Counted from the first letter of the stretch, positions 1 to 9,317 are shown. The stretch is DNA of 64,000 nt from an uncultured Thiotrichales bacterium (GCA_903870015.1 CAIQBE010000022.1:99-64098), one strand, 5' to 3'. Translations and numbers: made by a program. Notes: generated by a model not told the origin, from the letters alone.

Positions 1-1494
1 GCGTTGCAAGTTGTTTCGGGAAAGTTTGGCATACCTTATGCGAAAGACGGTGTCTGTTTTGGCTTTGCGGCAATGGCATCCCTTGCATTTTTAGATACCT
101 CTCCTGATTCTTGGGCGGGGTTTTTACAGCGCATTATCTCCATTAAGCGACTATCTTCTGGTGTGGCTTTTCTTCCTGTAAGCTCAGAAGAGCAGGCTAA
201 TAAGGAGTTTTTGCTTCTATTAAATATCATTCAATCACCTGATAAATTTTCAGAATATTTTAGGGTGCGTGCTTTTTCTTCCGCATCTCAAGCAACCATT
301 CTGAGTGATTTGCCAGCATTGGTTAAGTTAATTATGGATTGTGGTGAGCGATCATGCTTACCATTTTCTTGTATATTTCAATTATTGCATTCTGCTGTTT
401 CAGCTTGCTCAGTTTCTGGTGAAGCATTTTTAAATAAGCATTCTATCGATGGTATTTATAGTCCGAGTGAATTGAAGCTCTATTTTGAATCGATTCAAGA
501 AGCCTTCACTTCGGGTCGGCTTAGCATTAATTTAAGCTCGATGCGTCATTCGGTATCTGTTTTATATCAGGCGCCTGATCGATTTACTTATGTTGATGCT
601 AATCAGGGAGTTTTTCCTTGTGCTGGGTTAGATGATTTGGTACACAATGTGTTGATGGGCTATGCTTCCGATAGCGATACCCATTATATTTTCATGAAAA
701 GTACGCTAATGTCTGTGCCAGAGCTTGTGCAGTCTAATCCTTTTGAGCGGTTATCTTCCGTAGATAAGTGGATGCGTATTCATCAAAAAACATCAGAGAA
801 GGCAAGTTTGAAAGGGCATTTTCAATGGCATGGTGCGCAAATAGCTGCGGCTAATGGGTATGTTGAAGAGTTATTGATTTTTCTTCAGGGTTTTTCACCC
901 AATCACAAATTTGAAAATGATATCGCTTTAATGGATTTGGCGACGCGATATGGGCATGTTAGTATAGTATCTGCTTTGTGCAAAGCAGGAGTGTTAGCGA
1001 GCTTCTATGATATAGAATGTGCATTGTTAAATAGGCAAGAGGGTGTTGCAGTTGTTCTTTTGGGGCATCTAGCTGAGCAAAATTTTCGTGCCATGTTGAC
1101 TAAGTTATCAAAAGTTACTGCATTAGCTGATGTTTCGGCTAAGCTTTTTGCGGAGCCAGACTTGGTCTCTGTCAGTTTTGCAGCAGCATCTATTGACGAG
1201 GTCATGTCTCGATATCAGGTGCAGTTAAGCGCAGTGAGGGCTTTTTTTGTTGACTTAATGCTGCCTGAGCGTGAAGCTCGGGCTCATGATTTTCAGAGCT
1301 TTTTACCCATCATTGATTGCGTTTTTACAAAAGGTGCGAAAGAGTTCCTGGTATCTGTTGATGCCATAAAGGCTCGTCTTGCTATGCTGATGACGCCAAC
1401 CACTTTCGCCGATTTATCTTTGGGCCTTGGTGGGTTGTATGAGGCTCTTGATTCATCTGCGAGTGCTTCAGTTGAAGCTGCTTATTCAGTGTAA
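1..1494 (+). CDS. Effector-like protein, 5'-partial: putative papain-fold (YopT/AvrPphB C58-like) cysteine protease region followed by ankyrin repeats
   Basis: The ORF is open to the window edge. The Cys motif 'DGVCFGFAAM' is followed by 'RHSVSVLYQAPDRFTYVDANQG', an H-x14-D-x-N-x-G arrangement like the C58 His/Asp pair. Ankyrin-like repeats: 'HGAQIAAANGYVEELLIFLQ', 'ALMDLATRYGHVSIVSALCKAGV'. Confidence 0.5.
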   Translation, partial: ALQVVSGKFGIPYAKDGVCFGFAAMASLAFLDTSPDSWAGFLQRIISIKRLSSGVAFLPVSSEEQANKEFLLLLNIIQSPDKFSEYFRVRAFSSASQATILSDLPALVKLIMDCGERSCLPFSCIFQLLHSAVSACSVSGEAFLNKHSIDGIYSPSELKLYFESIQEAFTSGRLSINLSSMRHSVSVLYQAPDRFTYVDANQGVFPCAGLDDLVHNVLMGYASDSDTHYIFMKSTLMSVPELVQSNPFERLSSVDKWMRIHQKTSEKASLKGHFQWHGAQIAAANGYVEELLIFLQGFSPNHKFENDIALMDLATRYGHVSIVSALCKAGVLASFYDIECALLNRQEGVAVVLLGHLAEQNFRAMLTKLSKVTALADVSAKLFAEPDLVSVSFAAASIDEVMSRYQVQLSAVRAFFVDLMLPEREARAHDFQSFLPIIDCVFTKGAKEFLVSVDAIKARLAMLMTPTTFADLSLGLGGLYEALDSSASASVEAAYSV

Positions 1495-1553
1495 ACCTTG
1501 CATTATTTCGCCAGGCGCGTTAATCTTAGGGTGTATAAATGGGATAAGTGTGC

Positions 1554-1997
1554 ATGTCGAATCGTAGGCCGCCTACTTTATCCAATCGCAGAAAGATTAG
1601 TGATTTTAGTGACTCGCGGTTGGTGGATAGAAAAAAAGCAATGCTGGAGGCTTTTCAGCAGGAGCTTGTCATGCCGCTTACTTCTGCCGATCAGCACTTG
1701 CAAGAGGTTAAAGTCTTTGTTGAGCGCCTTAAGGAATTGGCGGTGCAATTTGAAGAGGCGGGTTCTTCGCATCGTCGGCAGTTTAGTTTGCAAGTGCAGC
1801 ACGATGCCTTGCAGGCGGAGATTAAAAAAGCGTTGCAGGTTAAAGCGGATGTGCAAGCAGAGGCGGGGCGGCCTGAGGAGCAAAACCTAATGATTTGCCA
1901 GGCTTTTGTTGATGATGTGATTGTATATCTTGCCAAGGCAGGGATTCGGCTTAATCCGCTCAATGTGATGAAGATTCGTAAGAGTCGTTGGACTTAA
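1554..1997 (+). CDS. Hypothetical coiled-coil protein
   Basis: Longest of several overlapping ORFs, with an ATG at 1554. Charged helical sequence with no recognised motif. Confidence 0.35.
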   Translation: MSNRRPPTLSNRRKISDFSDSRLVDRKKAMLEAFQQELVMPLTSADQHLQEVKVFVERLKELAVQFEEAGSSHRRQFSLQVQHDALQAEIKKALQVKADVQAEAGRPEEQNLMICQAFVDDVIVYLAKAGIRLNPLNVMKIRKSRWT

Positions 1998-2011
1998 ATT
2001 TTTGGAATGTT

Positions 2012-2554
2012 ATGACTCAACTGAAAGAACCGCGTTTATTGATTCAGGCGAATTATCAAAGTAAAGATAATGTGCTCGCGCAATTGTTAGCTGTTTGTCG
2101 TGCGCAAGACTTGAGTATTTTGCATATTTATCAGCGCGAGGTCGCGCGTTGTTATACTTTAGAATTAGAGGTTTCCGGGGTGTGGCATCAGTTAGCAAAA
2201 TTAGAGGCCTTGCTCAAAGAGTTAGCGCACACGCTAGAGAGTCATATTTCTTGGCAGCGTTTAGTGGATGTTGAAGATGATGTTGTCTATCTGCCTTATA
2301 TTGTTCAGGTGCAGACTTTTGCACACTTGGATGTGATACAAATTTTGACAGAATTTTTTAGTGCCTCAGACATTCAGCTTAAAGAAATTTTATTAGATTG
2401 TTATGTACAAGGTAAGACTTTGGTGCCGATGCAAAGTGTGAGCTTAAGTGTGTATTTGCCTATGAGTGTCAATTTACCTGAATTGCGTGAAAGCTTAATT
2501 ATTCTCTGTGAGCAATATAATTTTGATGTTATTTTTGAACAGGATCGGGGTTAG
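2012..2554 (+). CDS. gcvR: GcvR-like ACT-domain regulatory protein
   Basis: About 180 aa with a two-ACT-like layout, immediately upstream of and abutting bcp as in the E. coli gcvR-bcp pair. The start could be TTG 1988 or ATG 2012. Confidence 0.5.
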   Translation: MTQLKEPRLLIQANYQSKDNVLAQLLAVCRAQDLSILHIYQREVARCYTLELEVSGVWHQLAKLEALLKELAHTLESHISWQRLVDVEDDVVYLPYIVQVQTFAHLDVIQILTEFFSASDIQLKEILLDCYVQGKTLVPMQSVSLSVYLPMSVNLPELRESLIILCEQYNFDVIFEQDRG

Positions 2555-2556
2555 TG

Positions 2557-3024
2557 ATGATTCAAATCGGCAATGTAGTACCTAATATTGAATTTGCTTT
2601 GACTGAGGCGCCGGGTGAGCACTCTTTTGAAAGCTTTTTGGGTAAAACGATTGTGCTATATTTTTATCCCAAAGATAATACTTCTGGTTGTACCCTTGAG
2701 GCTCAGGGCTTTCGCGATCATCTTCAGGATTTTGAAGCAGCACATACGGTTATTTTAGGCGTTTCCAAGGATAGTCTCAAAAGTCATCAAAAGTTTCGCG
2801 TACAACATTGCTTGCCCTTTGAGCTTATTGTTGATGATGAGGGTAAGCTTTGTGCTTTATTTGATGTCATTAAAGAAAAAAGCATGTATGGTAAAAAGTA
2901 TATGGGCATTGAACGTAGTACTTTTGTGATTAGTAAAGAAGGTCTGTTGTTAAAAGAATGGCGCAAGGTAAGTGTCACGGGGCATGTTGCTGAAGTGCTC
3001 GAGTTTGTACAAGGATTAGCATAA
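2557..3024 (+). CDS. bcp: Thiol peroxidase / peroxiredoxin Bcp
   Basis: The motif 'LYFYPKDNTSGCTLEA' contains the peroxidatic Cys of the Bcp/PrxQ family. Length is about 155 aa. Confidence 0.9.
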   Translation: MIQIGNVVPNIEFALTEAPGEHSFESFLGKTIVLYFYPKDNTSGCTLEAQGFRDHLQDFEAAHTVILGVSKDSLKSHQKFRVQHCLPFELIVDDEGKLCALFDVIKEKSMYGKKYMGIERSTFVISKEGLLLKEWRKVSVTGHVAEVLEFVQGLA

Positions 3025-3026
3025 TT

Positions 3027-3308
3027 ATGAGACGCAATATTCATGCCGAAGATTATAAAAGCAAAGCCCAGCTTAAGCGAGAGGCTCAGGCTTTAGAGGA
3101 TTTGGGCCAAACCATGGTGGGGCTAACGCTCAATGTTTTAAAAAAACTAGCGTTGCCTGAGCGTATTTTTGATGCTATCGTCGCAGCGCAAAATATGAAG
3201 ATGGCTGCACGCAAGCGTCAAGTTCAATTTATTGAGCGCTTATTGCGTGAGGATGAAGATCTTGATTTAGAGGCCTTGCAGCGCACGCTGACGACGTACC
3301 TCAAATAA
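3027..3308 (+). CDS. yjgA: YjgA/DarP (DUF615) ribosome-associated protein, short form (C-terminally truncated relative to ~180-aa homologues)
   Basis: 'KSKAQLKREAQALEDLGQTMVGL...AARKRQVQFIERLLRE' matches the central YjgA region. It is only 93 aa, and its 3' end overlaps convergent rlmB by 42 nt. Confidence 0.55.
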   Translation: MRRNIHAEDYKSKAQLKREAQALEDLGQTMVGLTLNVLKKLALPERIFDAIVAAQNMKMAARKRQVQFIERLLREDEDLDLEALQRTLTTYLK

Positions 3309-4004
3309 ACTCACGCCAGTTGCCACTGAGACATTTAAGCTTTCAACGGTTCCGAGCATGGGAATCTTAACGAGAAAATCACAGTGCTCTTTGGTTAAGC
3401 GTCTTAGGCCTGATTCTTCTGCGCCTAACACTAAAACTGTTGGGGTAATAAATTCAGTGGAAGATATGTCTTCATCCGCTTCACCCGCTAAACCATAAAT
3501 CCAAAAACCTTGCTCTTTTAAATCGGTTAATGCACGTGCTAGGTTGCTGACCACGGTCACAGGCATGTTTTGGCTAGCGCCGCAAGAGACTTTGTGGACG
3601 ACTGGGGTGACCTGTGCGGACCGATCTTGGGGGATAATCACGGCATCAACACCAAAGGCATCGGCGCTGCGAATGCAGGCACCTAAATTATGCGGATCGG
3701 TAATGCCATCTAATACCAAAATGAGTTTGTTGTTGGCTAGAGATAATTGCATAATCGATGCCATGTCATAGGTGGTGGTTTGATCTTGTTGTAAGACGCA
3801 AATCACGCCTTGATGATTGCCGTTGCTAATTTCATCGAGTTTTTCTTTAGACACGCTTTCAAGCTGAATATTGTGTTTGCTTGCCAGTTCGCTAATCGTT
3901 TTAAGACGATCTTCTTTTTTGTGCGCCTGTATCCAAATGCGTTGGATATTCTGGGGTTTGGACTTAACTTGCGCTAATACGCTGTGAATGCCATAAATAA
4001 TCAT
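3267..4004 (-). CDS. rlmB: 23S rRNA (guanosine-2'-O)-methyltransferase RlmB (SpoU/TrmH family)
   Basis: 245 aa with the N-terminal 'IYGIHSVLA' substrate-binding domain and SpoU motifs 'LVLDGITDPHNLGACIRSA' and 'IPMLGTVESLNVSVATGV'. Confidence 0.85.
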   Translation of the reverse strand: MIIYGIHSVLAQVKSKPQNIQRIWIQAHKKEDRLKTISELASKHNIQLESVSKEKLDEISNGNHQGVICVLQQDQTTTYDMASIMQLSLANNKLILVLDGITDPHNLGACIRSADAFGVDAVIIPQDRSAQVTPVVHKVSCGASQNMPVTVVSNLARALTDLKEQGFWIYGLAGEADEDISSTEFITPTVLVLGAEESGLRRLTKEHCDFLVKIPMLGTVESLNVSVATGVSLFEVRRQRALQGL

Positions 4005-4091
4005 AAGTCTCTTTGATTGATTTTAGTGGCGTTACTATACCATTTTTTGTGCTATCAGGCAATTTATTTTCTTGGTTGATCAAAAAAACAT

Positions 4092-4120
4092 TTGCACATT
4101 TTGAGATCTCGTGCTATATT
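4092..4120 (+). promoter_or_regulatory. Candidate sigma70 promoter of the tss operon
   Basis: TTGCAC (4092-4097), a 17-nt spacer, then TATATT (4115-4120). An AGGAGG Shine-Dalgarno sits at 4147-4152. Confidence 0.4.
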
Positions 4121-4151
4121 TTTTATGATCAGTTTAAATAATGAATAGGAG

Positions 4152-4655
4152 GTGCCAGTGGCAAGAGAACAAACTATTGCTCCCAAAGAGCGCGTTAATA
4201 TTTTATATAAGCCGGCGAGTAATGCAAAAGAGGATGTTGAGCTTCCTTTAAAGATGCTGATGCTGGGGGATTATACTTTGCAGGTGGATGAGCGGGCGCT
4301 TGAGGATCGGCGGCCGATTAATGTGGATAAGGATAATTTTAATGAGGTTTTGGCGGCACATAATCTCCATTTGAATATGCAGGTGCCTAATCGTTTAGGC
4401 AAAAAAGATAGCGCGGATGAGTTAAATATCCAGTTGCGTGTCCAAAATATTAGTGACTTTGAGCCCGATCGTATTGCTGAACAAGTGCCGGAGTTAAAGC
4501 AGTTATTAGAACTACGTCAGGCTTTAGTGGCTTTAAAAGGCCCCTTGGGGAATGTGCCGTCATTTCGTAAAAAATTACAAAGCATTATTAAGGACAAAAC
4601 TGCATTAAGTCAGTTTTATCATGAGTTAGGCATTAACGAAGCTGAGGGAAATTAA
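4152..4655 (+). CDS. tssB: Type VI secretion system contractile sheath small subunit TssB (VipA)
   Basis: 'IAPKERVNILYKPASN...VELPLKMLMLGDYT' is the canonical TssB N-terminus. The true start is probably GTG 4158, 5 nt after the SD. Confidence 0.9.
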   Translation: MPVAREQTIAPKERVNILYKPASNAKEDVELPLKMLMLGDYTLQVDERALEDRRPINVDKDNFNEVLAAHNLHLNMQVPNRLGKKDSADELNIQLRVQNISDFEPDRIAEQVPELKQLLELRQALVALKGPLGNVPSFRKKLQSIIKDKTALSQFYHELGINEAEGN

Positions 4656-4656
4656 T

Positions 4657-6132
4657 ATGGCACAGGCATTTGCGCATCAAAGCGTTGAAACTAAAACCAG
4701 CTTGTTAGATGAGCTTTTGGCAGAAACCCATGCTTTGCCACAAGATGAAGCGTATGGCATTACCAAATCTGGCCTCCAGGCTTTGGTGCGGCAAATGACT
4801 GGGGATGCGCAGGCGATTGAACGTATTGATAAAAGCTTGGTTGATCGTTTTATTGCGGATCTTGACCAAACCATTAGTGTGCAAGTAGATGAAATTATTC
4901 ATCATGCACAATTTTGTAAATTAGAATCTGCTTGGCGTTCATTAAAGTTTGTGGTGGATCGTACTAATTTTAGAGAGAATATTAAAATCAATATACTTAA
5001 TCTTTCGAAAGCCGATTTGGTGGAGGATTTTGTTGATTCGCCTGAAATTCCTAAATCGGGTCTTTATAAATTGGTCTATACGAGTGAGTATGGGCAGTTT
5101 GGCGGTGAGCCTTATGGCTGCCTCGTAGGGAATTATGAGTTTGATTATTCTGCGCCTGATATTAAGTTGCTGCAAAATATTGCGGCCGTGGCAACTATGG
5201 CGCATACGCCATTTTTGGCAGCAGCTAGCCCAAAATTTTTTGGGGTTGAAAATATTGAAACCCTACCCAATCTCAAAGATATCAAATCTATTTTTGAAGG
5301 TCCGCTCTATGCGAAATGGCAAGCCTTTCGTCAGTCTGAAGATGCGCGTTATATTGGCTTAACTTTGCCGCGTTTTTTATTGCGTCAGCCGTATCATGTT
5401 GAGGATAATCCTTGCAAGGTGTTTCAGTATAATGAAAAAGTCAGTGATCATCGTGATTATGTTTGGGGAAATAGTGCTTTTGCTTTGGCAACGCGTGTTG
5501 CTGATAGCTTTGCAAAATATCGTTGGTGCCCTAATATTATTGGGCCTAGCAGCGGTGGAGTAGTTGAGGATTTGCCCTTACATCATTTTGAATCGATGGG
5601 TGAGATTGAAACTAAAATTCCTACCGAAGTTTTGGTGTCAGATCGCCGCGAATATGAGTTAGCCGAAGAGGGTTTTATTCCGCTTGCATTTCGTAAGGGA
5701 GGGGACAATGCCGCTTTTTTCTCGGCTAATTCCGTACAGCTGCCGAAGTATTTTGGTACAAGTAGTGAAGGGCGTACGGCAGAGCTTAATTATCGTCTTG
5801 GTACGCAATTGCCTTATATGTTTATTGTGTGTCGGATCGCGCATTATTTAAAAGTCTTACAGCGGGAGCAATTAGGTTCGTGGAAAGAGGCCTCTGATCT
5901 TGAAAAAGAGCTCAATAAATGGATCAGTCAATATGTCGCTAATCAAGAAAATGCCCCGGCAGATATTAGAAGTCGTAAACCTTTGCGTTTTGCTGAAATT
6001 ACTGTTGTAGATATTGAGGGCCAACCAGGTTGGTATAAAGTAAATATTTTGGTGCGGCCGCATTTTAAATACATGGGGTCTGATATTACTTTGTCTTTAG
6101 TTGGTAAATTAGAAAATGCGAATAAGCCATAA
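4657..6132 (+). CDS. tssC: Type VI secretion system contractile sheath large subunit TssC (VipB)
   Basis: 491 aa with 'IIHHAQFCKLESAWRSLKFVVDRT...IKINILNLSKADL' and 'PYGCLVGNYEF', typical TssC blocks. It starts 1 nt after tssB. Confidence 0.95.
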   Translation: MAQAFAHQSVETKTSLLDELLAETHALPQDEAYGITKSGLQALVRQMTGDAQAIERIDKSLVDRFIADLDQTISVQVDEIIHHAQFCKLESAWRSLKFVVDRTNFRENIKINILNLSKADLVEDFVDSPEIPKSGLYKLVYTSEYGQFGGEPYGCLVGNYEFDYSAPDIKLLQNIAAVATMAHTPFLAAASPKFFGVENIETLPNLKDIKSIFEGPLYAKWQAFRQSEDARYIGLTLPRFLLRQPYHVEDNPCKVFQYNEKVSDHRDYVWGNSAFALATRVADSFAKYRWCPNIIGPSSGGVVEDLPLHHFESMGEIETKIPTEVLVSDRREYELAEEGFIPLAFRKGGDNAAFFSANSVQLPKYFGTSSEGRTAELNYRLGTQLPYMFIVCRIAHYLKVLQREQLGSWKEASDLEKELNKWISQYVANQENAPADIRSRKPLRFAEITVVDIEGQPGWYKVNILVRPHFKYMGSDITLSLVGKLENANKP

Positions 6133-6538
6133 AAAAACTTTACAGCAGGCGCCATTATTACAGCGTTTGTTGATAAATATGCCTGGGCGTATCAGTCATT
6201 CAGATTGGGTGTGCTATGTGGCAGAGTCATTGTCAAAACTTTTGAATGCGCGACAGGGTGCAGCTTGTTCTTGCAAAGATTATGGCCTACCTGATTTTAA
6301 TGAGTTGACGCATATGCCGGCACAGCTGATTAAAATGCTGGAGCGCAGTATGCTTCAAACGATCAATACTTATGAGCCTAGATTAAGTCAGGTCAGGGTC
6401 ATGGGCAGACTTGATGAGGAGTTTCCAGATCGAATACGTTTTAGTATTTACGGTGTGTTGACCTTAGGCGAAGAAAAACATCACGTGAGTTATCAATCAG
6501 TGATGACACCAGGAGGGCGGATGATTGTTAAAATGTAA
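6116..6538 (+). CDS. tssE: Type VI secretion baseplate subunit TssE (gp25-like)
   Basis: GPW/gp25 signature 'SLSKLLNARQG...DYGLPDF...MLQTINTYEPRL...V'. Overlaps tssC by 17 nt. Confidence 0.8.
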   Translation: MRISHKKTLQQAPLLQRLLINMPGRISHSDWVCYVAESLSKLLNARQGAACSCKDYGLPDFNELTHMPAQLIKMLERSMLQTINTYEPRLSQVRVMGRLDEEFPDRIRFSIYGVLTLGEEKHHVSYQSVMTPGGRMIVKM

Positions 6539-6550
6539 CAGGGTTATGCT

Positions 6551-8236
6551 ATGAGTCAAGCGCAAAAATATTATGAAATGCAATTAAAGCTGTTGCGCGA
6601 GCAAGGTAAAGTTTTTGCTCATAAGCATCCCAAGCTTGCACCATTATTAAGTGACGGCGATGTTGATCCTGATATTGAACGCTTGCTTGAGGGCTTTGCA
6701 TTTATTTCAGGGAAGCTCTGGCATAAAATTGATGATGCTTATCCGGAAATCTCTGAGCAGTTATTGGAGTTTATTGCCCCTAATTATTTAAAGCCTTTGC
6801 CCTCGTGTAGCATTCTGGAGTTTATTCCTAAAATTTCACAGGCTGGAGTCAAGCGTATTCCTCGTGGAACAATGATTGATGGGCTTAAAAATCAAGTGCA
6901 TTATTTTTTTAGCACGAGTTATGATACAGAAGTTCTGCCGATGCAATTGACTTCAGTTTCTTCTAAACATGAATATGGTGAGTTAGTCTTGCGTCTTGAT
7001 TTTGCTATGCTGGGTGCGATGCATCTATCACAACTGCCTGATACACTACGTTTATATTTTTCGACAGATTTAAGCTCGGCATATTGGTGGCGCTACTTAT
7101 TGCTTGAGCAATGTGCGCAAATGATTTTTTATGCTGGTAATGAAGTAGTCGTCCCTATTAAAAATATGCAAATTGATCCAGTGGGTTTTGGTGCTGAAAC
7201 CATCTTAAATCCTCATGCTTCTGATCATCATGTCACGCAACACTTGCTTGAGTATTATAGCTTTCCCGAAAAATTTATGTTTGTTGATTTAAAAAAATTG
7301 CCTTGGCAATGCCTGCCCTATGCTCAAAATTTTAGTTTAGAGTTTTATCTCAAGGCGCCGTCGAGATTAAAGCTTAATACTACGCTTGAAAATTTTAAGA
7401 TCAATTGCACGCCTATTATCAATCTTTGGGAGCACCATGCCGCGCCCATTGTGCATGATCATACTAAAAGTCGTTATTTCGTTAATGTTCCTGAGCTTGA
7501 ATTAAGAGCCGAAGTGCATAGTGTGTTTGCGCTTGATGCATGGTCGAATCAAGCGCGTGAGCGTTATGATTATCAAGCGGCATATCGCTGTCCCAATCCT
7601 CATAAAAATATTAATCGTTATCAAGTGTATTTAGAAGAAGGCATTACGGCACCAAAAGCTTATCTTGAGTTATGGGAGGGTGAATTAAAATCTGTTGATA
7701 AAATTACCATAGTTCCCAAGATTTTGGCGTATCAGCCTGAGGCTTTTTTAGAAGTCCAGCGCGGTGATATTTTTGATCAGGGTCAGAGCTTATTAAATTG
7801 CGGTTATGAAAATATTAGTCCATTGTCCATCCCGGTTTATCCGCCGTTGGGATCTCGGGTGTCTTGGCACTTATTGTGTTATTTAGCCATGGCATATAAA
7901 AATTTAGATGAATTAGAAAATCTGAAAATTTTATTATTACAACATGATTTTGCCACGATGCATGGAGATCGTTATCAAGGCATGGGGCAAAAAATTGCAG
8001 ATAGCCTGCATCAGTTCTCTCAAGAAGCTGTCGTGCGTTTCCATAAAGGCGAAGCTTTGCGTGGCTTTAAAACTGTTTTGTCGATTAAAGATGAGGCATT
8101 TCTTAATCTTGGGGAGTTGTTTTTATTTGGCAGCCTAATTGCTAAAATTTTTGCCGATCATGCGCCGTTTAATAGTTTTAATGAATTGGAAATTCAAGGT
8201 GTGTCTTCAAATATCGTTTTGAATTGGCCAGTATGA
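6551..8236 (+). CDS. tssF: Type VI secretion baseplate subunit TssF
   Basis: 'YYEMQLKLLREQGKVFAHKHPKLA...DPDIERLLEGFAFISGKL' is the conserved TssF N-terminus. 561 aa. Confidence 0.9.
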   Translation: MSQAQKYYEMQLKLLREQGKVFAHKHPKLAPLLSDGDVDPDIERLLEGFAFISGKLWHKIDDAYPEISEQLLEFIAPNYLKPLPSCSILEFIPKISQAGVKRIPRGTMIDGLKNQVHYFFSTSYDTEVLPMQLTSVSSKHEYGELVLRLDFAMLGAMHLSQLPDTLRLYFSTDLSSAYWWRYLLLEQCAQMIFYAGNEVVVPIKNMQIDPVGFGAETILNPHASDHHVTQHLLEYYSFPEKFMFVDLKKLPWQCLPYAQNFSLEFYLKAPSRLKLNTTLENFKINCTPIINLWEHHAAPIVHDHTKSRYFVNVPELELRAEVHSVFALDAWSNQARERYDYQAAYRCPNPHKNINRYQVYLEEGITAPKAYLELWEGELKSVDKITIVPKILAYQPEAFLEVQRGDIFDQGQSLLNCGYENISPLSIPVYPPLGSRVSWHLLCYLAMAYKNLDELENLKILLLQHDFATMHGDRYQGMGQKIADSLHQFSQEAVVRFHKGEALRGFKTVLSIKDEAFLNLGELFLFGSLIAKIFADHAPFNSFNELEIQGVSSNIVLNWPV

Positions 8237-9156
8237 TGACATCTATCTTAACACCCTTAAAAAAGAGTTTTCATTTTTTTGAATGGCTTGCTTTGATGCG
8301 TTTGTTAAAAAAACTTAAGCTACAGGATATCCAATATTTTTTTAAAAGCTCGCCCTCGATGGGCTTTCAGTCACGTGAAGTTGCAGCCTTTAATCTCGAA
8401 GATTCTGATCTCGAAATTACGGCCAACTTTCTTGGGCTTCAGGGCGCCTCAACGCCAATGCCTTTGCACTTTACTGAAATGATTCTACAAGATGATCCTG
8501 ATGATTCTGCGCTGAACGAATTGCTCGATTTTTTTAATCAGCATTTTTATGAAGCTTTGATTGCTATTGATGCCAAATATCATTATGTGGCTCAGGCGCT
8601 GCATGGGTATGAAGATGCCTTGAGCCAAAATTTACAAGCCTTGGCAGGCTTGCCGATAGCACATGCGTCAGCAAAAAAGGCCTGTCGATATCAGTTATTG
8701 CCGGGGTTGCAATATTTGATAGGCGGGCGGGTTAGTAAGCAGGGCTTGTGTTTGTTTTTGCAGCGTACATTTCCGGTAAAAAAAGTGGTGCTAAAAGAAT
8801 GCGTCAAAAAAGCGATTGCTATTCCAGCGCGAGAACAGAATGCTTTAGGCCTTCATGGCATCTTGAGCGAGTCTTTCATGTTGGGCGCACAGGTTCATCA
8901 ATCGAGCCTGCATTGCGAGCTGCATTTATATTTGGATCGGGTTGAGCCGTTTTTACCAGGTTCTGAGTATTTTTTGCAATTAAGAGATGTTCTAAGCTAT
9001 ATGTTGCAGGCGCCTTTGTTTGTTACTCTGGTATTACATGCAGCGTGGGTGAGTTTGCCGATATTAAGCTCTAGCAGCACCTTGCAGCTCGGATATACCA
9101 GTGTCCTAGCCCGGGGGGCACAGCATTCATACGGTCTCAATCTAGTCTTTTTATAG
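8224..9156 (+). CDS. tssG: Type VI secretion baseplate subunit TssG
   Basis: 310 aa with 'FHFFEWLALMRLL' and 'ANFLGLQGASTPMPLHFTE' TssG blocks. Overlaps tssF by 13 nt. Confidence 0.85.
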   Translation: MASMMTSILTPLKKSFHFFEWLALMRLLKKLKLQDIQYFFKSSPSMGFQSREVAAFNLEDSDLEITANFLGLQGASTPMPLHFTEMILQDDPDDSALNELLDFFNQHFYEALIAIDAKYHYVAQALHGYEDALSQNLQALAGLPIAHASAKKACRYQLLPGLQYLIGGRVSKQGLCLFLQRTFPVKKVVLKECVKKAIAIPAREQNALGLHGILSESFMLGAQVHQSSLHCELHLYLDRVEPFLPGSEYFLQLRDVLSYMLQAPLFVTLVLHAAWVSLPILSSSSTLQLGYTSVLARGAQHSYGLNLVFL

Positions 9157-9240
9157 CTGCCCATGGCTATAAAATGCTACAAAACAGCCAGTTTTTCTAA
9201 TATTTAGCAAAAATTAGCAAAAAATCTTGCCAAGCCCTAT

Positions 9241-9268
9241 TTACAGCCCGCCCAACTTTGGTTAGAAT
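9241..9268 (+). promoter_or_regulatory. Candidate promoter of tRNA-Asn
   Basis: TTACAG (9241-9246), a 16-nt spacer, then TAGAAT (9263-9268), followed by a GC-rich discriminator 'agcccctcg'. It lies about 50 nt upstream of the tRNA. Confidence 0.4.
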
Positions 9269-9317
9269 AGCCCCTCGTTTCCCCTTGTAGTTTAAAAAGG
9301 GTAAATGAGCAAGTTAT

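Noticed and set aside
1498..1963. Several overlapping ORFs on both strands (1498-1890 +, 1578-1883 -, 1691-1963 -)
   Set aside because: They overlap the 1554-1997 ORF, which I preferred only because it is the longest; it has no recognised motif itself. Their Arg/Cys/Leu-rich translations are typical of out-of-frame reading. At most one can be real.
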